Assembly (NCBI GenBank): GCA_030390025.1
Contig: CM059428.1
Coordinates: 33,728,001-33,792,000, forward strand
Source: Squalus acanthias
Lineage: Eukaryota
DNA: 64,000 bases
Direction of reading: 5' to 3'
Made by a program: the position numbers and the translations under genes. The notes beneath the pieces were generated by a model. It was not told the DNA's origin. It made no database searches and worked only from the letters and a program-made list of their open reading frames with translations. Positions 13,000 through 26,504 of the stretch are shown one piece after another; the stretch's first letter is position 1, and the number at the start of each line of letters is the position of its first letter.

Positions 13000-14660
13000 A
13001 GACCTGGGAACAGATTGTGTTAGGGCTACAGGAGATTACAGAGATAGGAAGGAAGGGACAAGGCCATGAACAGATTTAAATACAAAGATAGGAATTTTAA
13101 ATTGGACTTGAGGGAACAAAGATGGGTCATGCCAGGGGGGAGAAATGCCCAGGATGGATGAGTGTCTTCTCTGGGATCGTGACCACGGTAGTAGAATGAC
13201 TACGAGATGGTAACGTCGAGGGGGTGGCCGTGAATATACAGAGGGGGGAAGTTGAAAATGCAATTAATTTTAGAGGTGCACATTTTTGTAGGCCGAAACA
13301 TCAAGTTTCAAAGAATTGTAAAGGATAAACAATGTATATGCAAATCAGTACAATTAGTTCTGCAAACAAAAAGAGAACATTCTGTCTAGGCAACACAAAT
13401 CACAGTTTGGCTTGCAGCTCCTTCAAATTTAGGTGCAAAGTTATTTCTAACTTCTGCATAGAAAACAAATGGAATAAGCCTCACCTAAACAAGAAAGGCA
13501 ACTTATTTTCAAGAGAGGCCTTTTTTTTTTAGGAAATGGAGGGAAGTGTTGACTATTCCGCACACCCTTTTGTTTTTTTTTAAATTATCTTGCTATTGAA
13601 AGCTTAAGTTTATGAGAATCAGAGACAAAACACTGAACAACTTCTTTGAAAATGAAATGAAGTTTGCAAATTTCCATTACACTGCAGAGATACAGGGTTC
13701 TTTGCCTGCTAGCAAAGTGAATAGATACAGGAAAAAGCAGCAAGTCCCAACCCACCAGAAGTACAGCAGATTTGTGCCCTAATGCATCTTTTGGCAGGTA
13801 ATATCAGTGCCTCAAATGGGTGGGAGCTTATCTTTAATATATTCATTTGAGGACCGGTCTAGTCTACAAATCTAGGTTTGCAATTCTGGTGTGCAACAAC
13901 TTGCATTTATATTGCACTTAGTGTAGAAAAGCATCTTAATATGCTTCACACAGGTACGAGAAAAAAAAGATGCCAATCCAAAAGGAGATTTGGTCAAAGA
14001 GGTAGGTTTTTCTTAAGGAGGCTCTTGAAGGAGGGGGCGATGGAGAGGCAGAGGGAGAAATCAAGAGAATGGGGCCTAGGTAGCCAAAGGCACAGCAGTT
14101 AACAGTGGAGCGAAGTGAGGGGGATGCACAAAGAGTTTGCTGGGGGGGAGGGAGGGTTTACAGAGATAGGAAGTAGTGAGACTATGAACAGATTTAAACA
14201 CCAGGATGAGAATTTCAAATGAGGTATTGGAGAACCAAAAGCCAAACGTAGGTCAGCAAAGACAGGGGTGATGGGCAATCGGAATTTGGCGTGGGATAGT
14301 ATACAAGTAGCACTGCTTTGGATTAGCTGAAGTTTACGGAGGTTGGAGGATGCGAGGTGAGCTAGGAGAGTATCAGAATAGTCTAGTCTGGAAGTGAGAC
14401 GGTCCAGCTAAGGATTTAGCTGCAAATGAGCTAAGATGGGGCAGAGGTTGGCAGTGTTATGAAGCCAGAAGTAGACAGTCTTTGTGATGAAGAGGATATG
14501 GGGTCAGATGCTTAACTTGGGGTCAAATGCCAAAGTTACCAACAGTCTGGTTCTGCATGAGACAGTGGCCAGAGAGAGGGATGGGGTCAGTGGCAGGGTT
14601 ATGGAATTTATGATAGGGCCTGAAGACAATGGCTTTGGTCTTCCTAGTGTTCAGCTGACA
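13000..14660 (-). mobile_element. Degraded L2 fragments (about 13000-13270 and 13895-14660)
   Basis: FKIPIFVFKSVHGL and KTKAIVFRP peptides; L2 tail at about 13895. Confidence 0.65.
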
Positions 14661-16476
14661 AACAATGCCCACGTAAAATAGGCATCCAACATTGCTAGGC
14701 AGTGACAAAATGGAGAAAGTGTATCTAAAAGGATGCTGCAGGTACTTTAGAAATTTTCTAAAAAGCAGACTTTGGTTTTTTTTAAATTTATTTTCACCTT
14801 CTGCTGCATGGCTCCCATTCCCCTATTATACAATAGATTTCCCATTGGGAATACTCCTGTATCTTGGATTTTTTGAAGGAACAGCAACAAGGAGAGGACA
14901 GCTGATGAGACAGCACAGGAGGCACACAGCACCCACCTGCTGGAAGTTCCACACAAATATATAGTCCAAGGCTCCTAACTCTACTTGACACAGCAGCAGG
15001 GGCTATAGCAAGTTATACATGCTTCAACCAAACCTAAAGACCATTTCCACCACAGGCGTTGCAAAGGCGATGAGGGGCGGGGGAGAAAGCAACAGGGGGA
15101 TAAAGAAGAAAAGGAAAAAAAAGAGAAAGAACTTGCATTTATATAGTGCCCTTTACGACCTCCAGTGCACTACAGACGGAGTGCTGCATTGTCAAAGGTG
15201 CAGTCTTTTGGAACTTACCTTGATATCAGGGTCAGGTGAGGTACTCAAGGTTGTGGAGAGCTAAGAGCCCACCTGAGAGTAATCTCAAAATCAGTAGATG
15301 AAGTATCTAGAAGTAGTGCAGAAAAGACTCAAAAACATAACTGAATCCTCAAGCTATTACATAAGGGATCACAACCTTCCAACAGGAACTGAAACTACAA
15401 TGCATATATTGAAGGCAGCCATACTTTAGGTCACCATTCACTGGCCGAAAGAGCTTGGTGACTTGCTCCAGTGCCATTTCTATTGCTGCTCTGTAGACAG
15501 CTGCTAGAAGGAGTGTCCTACAGTCTTCTGCTCCTTCCCATGATATCTTTCAAAGCCAAGTCATTTTACTAGCTGGGAGCAAAATGCCCATGGTGCTTTA
15601 TTACAATTGCCACCTTAGTAGCAAAAAGACAAAACTGCCTTTGGTGGAAATTAAATAAACTTCACTCCTAAAATGATATTCACCTTACCAGATACAGTCA
15701 AACTAGAGAAATGCCATGTACAAAGACAAAGTTTCAAAAATATTGGACTACCTTTGATCAATATTTATGTATGCTGTTGGCTAAGATTAGGGAACAAAAT
15801 TAGCTTTTCTGTTCCATAAGGTCATTGATTCTTTATGTCCACTACAAGAATGATTATTATTCATGGTTACATAACCAGTCATACACTTTATTGTCATGAC
15901 CTATCAATATTGATTTATGAAAATAAAATACCAGACCCAAAATACTGGGCTACTGTTATCAACAAGGAGAAACCCTTTTTTTAAAAAAATATCAAAACAG
16001 GCAAATTAAATGTTGTCACTTAAGATAAAGTTAATCACATTTTAATAGTAAATCTAGTGAACATCTCCACTGGCAAATTTTCCTTTTTTAAATAATACAA
16101 GACCTCCATTTTTGTTTAATTATAATAATATAGATTATTTAAAGTTTGTTACATTAGTTTACCTTTCAAGAGCTATGAACCAACCTCATTAGTACAACCA
16201 GACTGAAGGTACTTTCAGGCTGTTGTTTTATGTTCCTGGTCAGTCATGTGGTCTGATTATTAAAAAAAAACAATTTACATTACACACATCTTAGTGAAAA
16301 GGAACTGGCCCTTTGAGTTGGGGTTATTTTCAGGAAGTGCTTCAGAATTAATTTATAAACCAAACATTCTTTAAAAACAGGGGTACTGCAGCTTTAAATG
16401 CTAATAATGTGCATTTCAGTTTACAAAGTTAGGTTGAAGTAGAGCATTTTGGTACTTCAATTCAGTAACCCTTTAC

Positions 16477-16556
16477 CTTGGCATTACTTTCTGTGTGGTG
16501 CTTGGCAGAGGCCTGAAGCTGGTTCACCCAGTAGAATCTTTCTTTGGCATCCCCCG
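16477..16556 (-). CDS. OSBPL10: OSBPL10 internal coding exon, end of PH domain (equivalent to human exon 3)
   Basis: ctttctgcactgcag|CGGGGGATGCC...AATGCCAAG|gtaaag, 80 nt, phase-compatible with the upstream exon (G+CG = Ala). Translates (A)GDAKERFYWVNQLQASAKHHTESNAK, containing the conserved Trp of the PH C-terminal helix. Missed by the ORF track. Confidence 0.92.
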
Positions 16557-17173
16557 CTGCAGTGCAGAAAGTAGACATACATTTTAATACAAGAAAAACA
16601 TAGTGACCTAGTTTTTAAACACACTGGATTTTAAAGAAATGCAGAATAAAAATAAAATGGCACCATTTACTCTCAGCATATTCATTAAATATCTGTAAGA
16701 GGCTTAAACAAGACAGGTAACCTATCTGCATGTAAACAGTATAAGCACCTGTATATTCTCAATGTAAACTCAGGTTTGTAGTATCTAAAAACCATCAAAT
16801 AAAAATCTCTCTGTAACTGGCAAGATCCAGCTTTCAAATATAAAAGAATGTGTGAAAAGTCAAGGATAAAAATAATAATTTGGTGTAAATAACACTCATC
16901 AGTCTAGTACACTAGAACTGGCATCTAATTATATCCTGAATAACCCACATTTTTTTGCCTCCATTATTCAGCTTGGTAAATTATTCCAAACCTCCTTCAC
17001 TCAAAGTAAAGAGGTTTTTCCTGATATATCTTGTCAAATGTTGAACTATCTTTCTTGGCCAACTTTCTTTATGTTGCCGTAATTATCTGGGTTTACTTTT
17101 ACCACTATTTTTTTTGATAAGGTTGTCCTTTAATGTCCTTCTTTCTAGACTGGAAAGCTTAAGTTTCCCTAAT

Positions 17174-17319
17174 ACAATACAAATAAAAGACAAAAATGCA
17201 CGTGACCTGAAACGTTAACTGTTTCTCTCTCCACAGATGCTGCCTGACCAGCTGAGTATTTCCAGCATTTTCGGTTTTTAATTTTAGATTTCCAGCATCC
17301 GCAGTATTTTGCTTTTGTA
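17174..17319 (+). mobile_element. Penelope pseudo-LTR fragment with 15-bp TSD, inside a degraded CR1
   Basis: Flanked by ttaagtttccctaat (17159-17173) and ttaagtttctctaat (17320-17334). Confidence 0.75.
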
Positions 17320-18665
17320 TTAAGTTTCTCTAATTGCCCCTCATAGTTCATTCTCTTTTCACACTTGGAATCAGTATTCTTGCTCTTGTCTGTATTCTTT
17401 CCAATGCAAGTATATATTTTTGTGGATTGGTGACCAAAATTAAAAACAGAATTCTGAACACAGTATTCCAAGTGTGGCCTAACCAATGCATCTGTAAAGC
17501 CTTAGCATACCTTCTGAAGACTTGTAAATCTAGAAATTATGATAATACCAGATGAATATTTAACACGTTTGTAGGACAGTCCTGTGTCTGGGATTTTAAT
17601 AGATGCATTAACGCACTTGCTTTAAATGGGTTAACACTTGTCAAAATAGTGGGCAGATAACTGTCAAGAGTGTGTAGGCACTCATCCATTAATTCCTGAA
17701 ACCGTGATTTCTAGTCTATATTCTGCTGTTCTGGCTATATATCCTTATAGCTCAATAGCTGTCCTAAGTGCTTTATACTGAAAGTGAGGCATCTACTACT
17801 CCTGCCAGGTCCAGTTCTAAATCTCCCTATGCTAATCAATTCCATTCATTATATGCTTATATCCAACAGTTTTCAACTTCTGTTATGCATTAGATTTAAT
17901 TTCCCATGTATCTATAAATCAAGTCAAATCCTTCTGCTACATCATATGCTTAACACACACCTCCTGGGCAGTTTTAAAATTTGGACAGAAATCTTTACGA
18001 AGTACATCACAGCTTCTTAATCTATTTCTGTTTCACTTTGTTGATCTGAAAGTGTATTCAATAAATAAACAAACCTTAGTGCATAGAGTGTTGTGAGCTG
18101 CTGCTTTGCAGAGAGCCAGCTTGATCTCTGAATGAGTGCAAGAAAGATCACTGAATGCCAAGTTTGATAAGAGCACACAAATCAAACAGACAATCAGAGT
18201 ATGTCTTCAAAAGACAACAAATAAAATTCTCAGTATATTGGGAATGCTGGTGAAGGTATTAAATATAATTAAATGTGATGTAGAGCATTATACACAAGCC
18301 TGACTTTACATGATCTACGCAATACAAGCCCATCAATAGAATATAGTTACTGTGCAGACACGAGAAGAGGTAAAATTCTTATAATTCCACTTGTGATGTA
18401 AAAATTCCTTGCATCATGAGCCAAAACCTACTGCTAAAAATTGTAACATAGCAACACCTCAACACAACCAATCAGCAGCACAAGGCCAGTGCATATAGCT
18501 TTTCTTTTTTTAAATGCTTAACTAATTTGAAGCACCAAGACTATGGCAAGAATTCAAATCTACCCAGTTTAGAGACTTGTTTGTATAAAATACACACCGA
18601 GAACCAATTTATTAATCATAAAAATTGATTATAACCACAACTGTGATGTTAGTTAATGACATTAT

Positions 18666-21298
18666 GGCCCGGAATTTGCGGTCAGCGGCGAAGCGAAGAT
18701 GTTCGCTGGCCCCGAAGTAAGCTTCACACAAAGATCTCGCGATCTCTGTGTCGAGAACTTCAGGTTTTCTGATGTTCAATTCAAATCTTCATATAGACTG
18801 GACAAATCAAATTGGCAAAGGTAGTCTGGAGGACAAGTTCATGGAATGCATTCGGGACAGTTTCCTAGAACAATAAGTCATGGAACCAACCAGGGAACAG
18901 GCTATTTTAGATCTTGTATTGTGTAATGAGACAGGGTTAATTAACAATCTCAAACTGAAGGATCCTCTGGGGCAGAGTGATCATAATATGATAGAATTTC
19001 ACGTTAATTTTGAGAGCGACTTGCCCAAGTCCGAAACTAGAGTCTTAAACTTAAATAAAGCCAATTACATAGGTATGAGGGGTGAGTTGGCTAAGGTAGC
19101 TTGGAAAAATAGATTAAAAGGTATGGCGGTAGATAAGCAGTGGCTAGCTTTAAAGAAATATTTCATAATTCTCAACAAAAATACATTCCATTGAGAAACA
19201 AAAACTCCACGGGAAAAGTGATCCAACTGTGGCTAACTAAAGAAGTTAAGGATAGCATTAGATTGAAAGAAGCAGCTTATAATGTTGCGAAGAATAGTAG
19301 TAAGTCTGAGGATTGGGAGAGTTTCAGAAACCAGCAAAGGATGACCAAAAAATTGATAAAGGGAAAAAATAGAATGTGAGAAAACTAGCAAGAAATATAA
19401 AAACAGATTGCAAGAGCTTCTACAAGTATGTAATAAGGAAGAAAGTAGCAAAAGTAAACGTTGGTCCCTTAGAAGCTGAGACAGGAGAAATTATTATGGG
19501 GAATAAGGAAATGGCAGAAACATGAAACAAATATTTTGTATCTGTCTTCACAGTAGAAGACACAAAAAGCATACCAAAAATGGTGGCAAACCAAGGGTCT
19601 AATGAGGGTGAGGAACTTAACGTAATTAATATAAGTAGAGAAAAAGTACTAGAGAAACTAATGGGACTAAAAGCCGACAAATCCCCTGGACCTGACGGCC
19701 TACATCCTAGGGTCCTAAAAGAGGTAGCTGAAGAGATAGTGGATGCATTGGTTTTGATCTGCCAAAATTCCCTAGATTCTGGAATGGTCCCAGCGGATTG
19801 GAAGGTCACAAATGTAACACCTCTATTCAAGAAAGGAGCGAGAGAGAAAACAGGGAACTACAGGCCAGTTAGCCTGACATCAGTCGTTGGGAAAATGCTG
19901 GATCCATTGTTAAGGAAGTGGTATCAAGGCACTTAGAAAATCATAACATGATTAGGCAGAGTCAACATGGTTTTATGAAAGGGAAATCGTGTTTGACAAA
20001 TTTATTAGAGTTTTTTGAGAATGTAACTAGCAGGGTCGATAAAGGGGAACCAGTGGATGTAGTATATTTGGATTTCCAAAAGGCATTCGATAAGGTGCCA
20101 CATAAAAGGTTATTACACAAGATTAGGGCTCATGGAGTTGGGGGTAATATAGTAGCATGGATCGAGGATTGGTTAACGGACAAAAAAAGGAGTATGGATA
20201 AACGGATCTTTTTCAGGTTGGCAGGCTGTAACTAGTGGGGTGCCGCAAGGATCAGTGTTGGAGCCTCAGCTATTTACAATCTATATTAATGACCTAGATG
20301 AAGGGACCGAGTGTAATGTATCCAAGTTTGCTGATGATACAAAGCTAGGTGGGACAGTAAGCTGTGAGAAGAACACAGAGTCTGCAAAGGGATATAGATA
20401 GACTAAGTGAGTGGGCAGTAAGGTGGCAGATGGAGTATAATGTAGGGAAATGTGAGATTATTCACTTTGGTAGGAAGAATAGAAAAACAGAATATTTTTT
20501 AAATGGTGAGAAACTTTCAAATGTTGGTGTTCAGAGAGATTTGGGTGTCCTCGTTCAAGAAACACAGAAAGCTAGCATGCAGGTACAGCAAGCAATAAGG
20601 AAGGTAAATAGCATGTTGGCCTTTATTGCAAAGGGGTCGGAGTAGAAGAGTAAGGAAGTCTTGCTCAAGGGGCCATATAGCCTACTCCTAGTTCTTATGT
20701 TCTTAAATCAAGAGGTTAGTGGATATCGCCTTGTGCGAGCTGCTCTGACGTCAACAAGCTGTCTAAGCAGCCAATCAAATTGCAGAATTCTCAGACAGCG
20801 AACAAGAAAGTGAGTAAGCTTTTAAAATTCTAACTTTTTAAAAATGTTAGAGAGCAAAATAAAGATTGGGGCTCTCATATGGGGAAAAGGTAAACCTGAA
20901 ATAAAGATAAACAAACTTTATAAAAAAAAGTTCATTTTAATTTTATTAAAATGGCTAAATTTCACACTGCACAAAATTTAAATTATTTTTTTAGGCCCAT
21001 AACCTTTGTTTAGCAGTCAATACGCTGTTAAAACCCCAGTTACACCTAATCCCTTTGGGTCTAACTTTTAGTGGGGAATTTAACAATTTGTCAGTTTCCC
21101 TGATTTGAGTGATTATACTGGATTGCCGGCACTGTGGTGGTGGAGAGGGGGGGGCGCCCACAGTGCAGCCTGTGTTGGAGCTGTGAATGACAGAGACCAT
21201 AACACATGCGCCAACTCCCGAAGTTGCGGTCGGTTTCAAAGGCGGAATGATGGTGAACACTGCCAGTTCGGCGTCATCCAAACCGCAAATTCCGAGCC
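18666..21298. mobile_element. Harbinger/PIF-like MITE split by a CR1 insertion
   Basis: TIRs ggcccggaatttgcggt / accgcaaattccgagcc (16 of 17 match); 3-bp flanks tat/aat; about 720 bp once the CR1 is removed. Confidence 0.75.
18788..20704 (+). mobile_element. CR1 LINE ORF2 fragment with internal 3' deletion
   Basis: EPTREQAILDLVL, SPGPDGLHPRVL and YLDFQKAFDKV peptides; jumps from gaagtcttgct straight to the 3' tail at about 20665; aaatc on both sides. Confidence 0.92.
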
Positions 21299-21654
21299 AA
21301 TGTACCCAGGTTCCACAAAAGGAAATCTCAGCTGTACCCCAAAAGCTAGCTAAGAAAAGAGACTTGGGTCCCATCAGCTTGGATATGATCTGATCCCATA
21401 CTAGAGGTGAAACAACTGCACTGTTGTGAATATTGTGCCAATCAGCAATCTATACTCCTACCCAGTTTATACTTGTGCCACAAATTTGATTAACCATAGA
21501 AGTTTACAACACAGAAGGAGGCTATTCACCCTATTGTGTCTGTGTCGGTTCTTGGCTAAAGCAATCTAAGACTAATTGCACTGCCCCATGCTCTCCCATA
21601 GCCATGTATCTTTCTTTGCTTCAAATACTTATTCAGTTTTCCCTCAAGTGCAAT

Positions 21655-22038
21655 GATTTTAAAATTCTCATCCTCATTTTCAAATAGCCTCACCCCTCCC
21701 TATCTCTAATCTCCTCTAGCCCTGCAACCCTCCGAGATATCTGCGCTCCTCTAATTCTGGCCTCTTGAGCATCTCTGATTATAATCGTTCCACCATTGGT
21801 GGCTCCGCCTTCCGCCGCCAAGGCCCAAAGTTCTGGAATCCCCTCCCCAAACTCTTCACCTCTCTTTCCTCCTTTAAGATGTTCCTTAAAATCTACCTCT
21901 TTGACCAAGCTTTTGGTTGTCTGCCCTATCATCTCCTTATGTGGCTCGGTGTCAAATTTTGTTTTATAATGCTCCTGTGAAGCACCTAGGGACATCTTAC
22001 TATGTTAAAGGCACTATATAAATACAAGTTGTTGTTGT
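21655..22038 (+). mobile_element. L2 LINE 3' end inserted in a degraded minus-strand CR1 (about 21495-23100)
   Basis: GGSAFRRQGPKFWNPLP peptide; tail ggcactatataaatacaagttgttgttg. Confidence 0.85.
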
Positions 22039-23104
22039 CTGTGTTTCAACTACTCACTGTGGCAAGGCATTCTATGCTCTAATAACTCCCTACATAAACA
22101 AATATCTCCCAACTCTACTCGTTCTTTTACTGACAATTTTATATTGATGATGCCTCAACACCAACTCCTTAGCCAGAGGAAATAGTCTCTCCCTGTTCAC
22201 CCCATCAAACTGTTCATTGTTTTGAAACATTTAGTAAATCACCTCTTGGCCCTCTGCTTCAGTGAAATAGGCTCTGAATCTCAAGTCATTCCTTGTATTA
22301 CTAGAATCTCATTCTTGGCATTATCCTAGTGAACCTAGCATTATCCTGGTGAACCTATGCTAGATGATCTGTATGGCTTTAATGTCCTTCCTATAATTTG
22401 ATGCCCATAACTGCACATGTGTCCTAGCCATTCCCTTGGAGAAATCCATCATTACTTCTTTGCTTCTATAGTCTGGGCCTTCATGATTTCAATTATCTGA
22501 ATTCACACTTCTAAAGAATTATGCATTTGCACGCATAGAATTTGAAAGGTCTGAAAGGTCTGAAAGAGGAGAGATCTTTCCATTCCTTACTTTTTCTCCC
22601 AAAACGCACCTCACACCTCTTCATTAGAATATATTTGCCATCTGCGTATGTTGCTATGTCCTCAAGTTTTTCACTGTTCCCCTCACGGTTTGCAAAACCC
22701 CTATTTATGGGTCAGCAAATTTTGGTATCGTGCCATTTGTGCCCATCCAAACCAGCGATATATGGAGACCAAAAGTGGACTTAGCACAGACAGTATACCA
22801 CTTCCAACCCAAGCAACACCAATTAGCCTTAATCTTTTGTTTCCTGTCCACCAACTTTCTATCTATGCTACTGCATTTCCTCGCATATCGTTCGCCTGAA
22901 CTTTTTAAACAAGCCTCGTGAGACACGTTAACAAACGCCTTGAAAGTCCAAAACTTCAAAAAACTCAACTTCTTAATCAGAACTTCCTTTTCACAAATCC
23001 ATGCGTGTTGTCCTCGATTATCCCATGAATCTCTAAATGTTCAATAATTTGATTTTGAATTATGGATTTCAAGTGTTTGCCCAAAACTGACATTAGACAA
23101 AGAG

Positions 23105-24085
23105 TTTTTTTTTTATTCGTTCCTGGGATGTGGGTGTCGCTGGCAAGACCAGCATTTATTGCCCATCCCCAACTGCCCTCGAGAAGATGGAGGTGAGCCG
23201 CCTTCTTGAACCACTGCAGTCAGTGTGGTGAAAGTACTCCCATAGTACTGTTAAGGAGGGAGTTCCAGGATTTTGACCCAGCAATGATGAAGGATCGGCG
23301 ATATATTTCCAAGTAAGGGTGGTTTGTAATTTGATGGGGAACTTGCAGGTGGTGGTGTTCCCATGCGCCTACTGCCCTCCTTCTAGGTGGTAGAGGTTGT
23401 GGGTTTGGGAGGTGCGGTCGAAGAAACCTTGGCGAGTTGCTGCACAAGTTGCTACACACTGCAGCCACGGTACGCCGGTGGTGGAGGAAGTGAATGTTTA
23501 AGGTGGTGGATGGGGTACCAATCAAGCAGGCTGCTTTGTCCTGGATGGTGCCGAGCTTCTTGAGTGTTGTTGGAGCTGCACTCATCCAGGCAAGTGGGGA
23601 GTATGCCATCACATGCCTGACTTGTGCCTTGTAGATGGTGGAAAGGTTTTGGGGGAGTCAGGAGGTGAGACACTCGCAGCAGAATACCCAGTCTCTGACC
23701 CGCTCTTGTGGCCACAGTATTTACATGGCTGGTCCAGTTAACTTTCTGGTCAATGGTGAGCCCCAGAATGTTGATAGTGCGGGATTTGGCGATGGTAATG
23801 CCGTTGCATTTAAAGGGGCGGTGGTTAGACTCTCACTTGTGGGAGATAGTCATTGCCTGGCACTTGTGTGGCGCAAAATCCTGGAACTCCCTCCCTAACA
23901 GCACTGTGGGAGTACCTTCACCACACAGACTGCAGCGGTTCAAGAAGGCAGCTCACCACCACATTCTCAAGGGCAACTAGGGATGGGTAATAAATGCTGG
24001 CCTCACCAGCGACGCCCACATCCCATGAACGAATAATAAAAAAAAAGTTACTTGCCACTTCTCAGACCAAGCCTGAATGTTGCCC
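23105..24085 (-). mobile_element. CR1-group (Zenon-like) LINE 3' portion containing an opposite-orientation copy of itself (23874-24046)
   Basis: YSPLAWMSAAPTTLKKLGTIQDKAACLIG peptide; A-rich 3' ends at 23105 (minus) and 24046 (plus); the same 3' end recurs alone at about 27388-27449. The Zenon label is from recall. Confidence 0.75.
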
Positions 24086-25085
24086 CAGCCACCTCTTATT
24101 TCTCATCTACATGGTGCCCCTCGATGGCATCATCCGAAAACAGCGTCAGTTTCCCCATGTACACCGATGACACCCAGCTCTACCCCACCACCACTTCTCT
24201 TGACCCCTCCACAATCTCTAAATTGTCAGACTGCTTGCCTAACATCCAGTACTGGATGAGCAGAAATTTTCTCCAATTTATTATTGGGAAGACCGAAGCC
24301 ATTGTCTTCAGTCCCTTGCCACCGACTCCATCCATCTCCCTAGCATCTGTTTAAGGCTGAATCGGACTGTTCGCAACTTAGGTGTCATATTTGACCATGA
24401 AATGAGCTTCCGAACACACATCCGTGCCATAACTAAGACCGCCTATTTCCACCTCCGGAATATCGCCCGTCTCCGCCCTTGTCTCAGCTCATCTGCTGCT
24501 GAAACCCTCATCCATGCCTTTGTTACCTCTAGACTTGACTATTCCAACGCACTCCTGGCTGGCCTCCCACATTCTACCCTATGTAAACTTGAAGTCATCC
24601 AAAACTCGGCTGCCCGTGTTCTAACTCGCACCAAGTCCGTTCACCCATCACCCCTGTGCTCGCTGACCTACATTGGCTCCCGGTTAAGCAACTCCCCAAT
24701 TTTAAAATTCTCATCCTTGTTTTCAAATCCCTCCATGGCCTCGTCCCTCCCTATCTCTGTAATCTCTGCCAGCCCCACAAACCCCCACCCTGCTCGACCC
24801 CCGCAAGATATCTGCGCTTCTCTAATTCTGGCCTCGTGAGCATCCCTGATTTTAATCACTCAACTGTTGGTGGCCATGCCTTCAGCTGCCAAGGCCCTAA
24901 GCTCTGGAATTCCCTCCCTAAACCGCTCTATCTCCTTTAGACGGTCCTTAAAACCCACCTCCTTCATCTGCCCTAATTTCTCCTTTTGAATGGCTCAGTG
25001 TCAAATTTTATTTTATTACACTCCTGTGAAGCGCTTTAGAACATTTTACTACGTTAAAGGCGCTATATAAATATAAGTTGTTGTT
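24086..25085 (+). mobile_element. L2 LINE 3' kilobase
   Basis: YTDDTQLY and SRLDYSNALL peptides; L2 tail. Confidence 0.92.
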
Positions 25086-26328
25086 TGTCTTCCTCGCTAC
25101 AGTTTCTGGATGCTTTGTACATTAATAACAGTGTGCACTGTTGAGTCACCACTATTTTTTCAGCAAAATATACAACTGGAAACTGAGATAATTTCTAAAG
25201 TATAAAAAGAGAGGAAAACACGCTTAAACTACGTACTTGTAAATGACTAATAATTGTGAAAAGAATTTTGCATAAATAACACTGTCAAGTTGAAAAAGTG
25301 TTATGGAATCCACAAAAATAGCATAAAACACTGCACGGAGTGGGGTGGGAGAAGAGACTGGATTCTTCTGATGCACTAAATTTATTTCACTTTTTGCCCA
25401 AGTACTGCTGCATATGGCACTCTGAAGATCCTGCTCAATCATACATCTACACAGATTATATATTTTCCCAAATTTTCTACATCAGTGTTATTTAAAATCA
25501 GAAGTATTTAATTACATTTAATATTTTCCCCATCACTTCCAAAGCTCGCACATCTGCACCAGTGCAGCAAGCAAATTGTTCCCAGGCCCTGTCTAAGTGG
25601 CTATTGTAACATAGATGATGACAGTGAGCTAATTAAAAGGTGAATCAAAGTCTTGAGGACTTGCTATTCAAATTACTTGCACGTTTTATCTCTCACATTT
25701 CCTCCCCCCAATTTGGAAATAAGAGTACCTACTACCATTTTTGAATGATGATAAATTTTGTCTCCTTTCTGAGAGTCACTGTTTTAGGTCTCCTGCCTTC
25801 CAGAGCTGCTTTAGTGATACCAGTTAGAGGAGACACCATCAGTTCTGGAATGTTCTATTTATTTCATTACTTTGGACTAGCTCGGAACAAAAGTGGAGCC
25901 ACCAGACCCCAAAAAACTCTACTTGTTAGGATATGTTAGTCTTCAGCTGGTTTTGTGTTTGCCTATGGCATGCAACTCCAAACCTGCTCCCATTGAATGG
26001 ACCAGCCCCACCCAGCATGAAGTGAGATTCAAATAGGCTTATATTTTTTCCCTTCCTCAGATGCAAGTGAGTTCCAATGAGGTGATGTTATGGAACTCAA
26101 ACTTGTGACCTTCAGGTTAGGGTCAACTGCCTGAACTGCTACCATTGCCTTAATATGTAACACATAGGCATCATTCAGCATTAGAGTTGTCTTAAATTTT
26201 GTGCCAAAACAGAGAAGTCAAGTATGTATTATTGTAAGTTGACTATTAAAAAAGTGTCTTTAGACTTACTATGAGTAAAGCTTATGCAGTATCTCAGCTA
26301 GTAAAAATGTAGTAGTTATTTTCAGTAC

Positions 26329-26504
26329 CTCTGAGTTTATACAGTTCACCACTGGCAGCTTGGACTATAAACATGTGGGAAACTTCATCACTGGGAGAGA
26401 TCAATGCACCAGACAAATGTAGAACTCCTCGTGGCTTCTGACCTTTGCACTGCTCGTTTACAAAGTACTGCAGCACGCCCAACTCACAATTCAGAACAAA
26501 ATAC
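26329..26504 (-). CDS. OSBPL10: OSBPL10 (oxysterol-binding protein-related protein 10) internal coding exon, PH domain (equivalent to human exon 2)
   Basis: Minus strand reads tgatgcag|GTATTTTGTT...AAACTCAGAG|gtactg, with canonical AG/GT and 176 nt. Translates (R)[58 protein letters not shown](A), closely matching the recalled human ORP10 PH domain ([33 protein letters not shown]). OSBPL11 is the less likely alternative. Confidence 0.93.

Noticed and set aside
14904-14935. CTGATGAG motif (also near 27904) as a hammerhead core
   Set aside because: No stem II followed by GAAA.
16162-16253. Possible extra OSBPL10 exon (AG...GTAAAC on the minus strand)
   Set aside because: Stop codons in all three frames and no ORP10 similarity.
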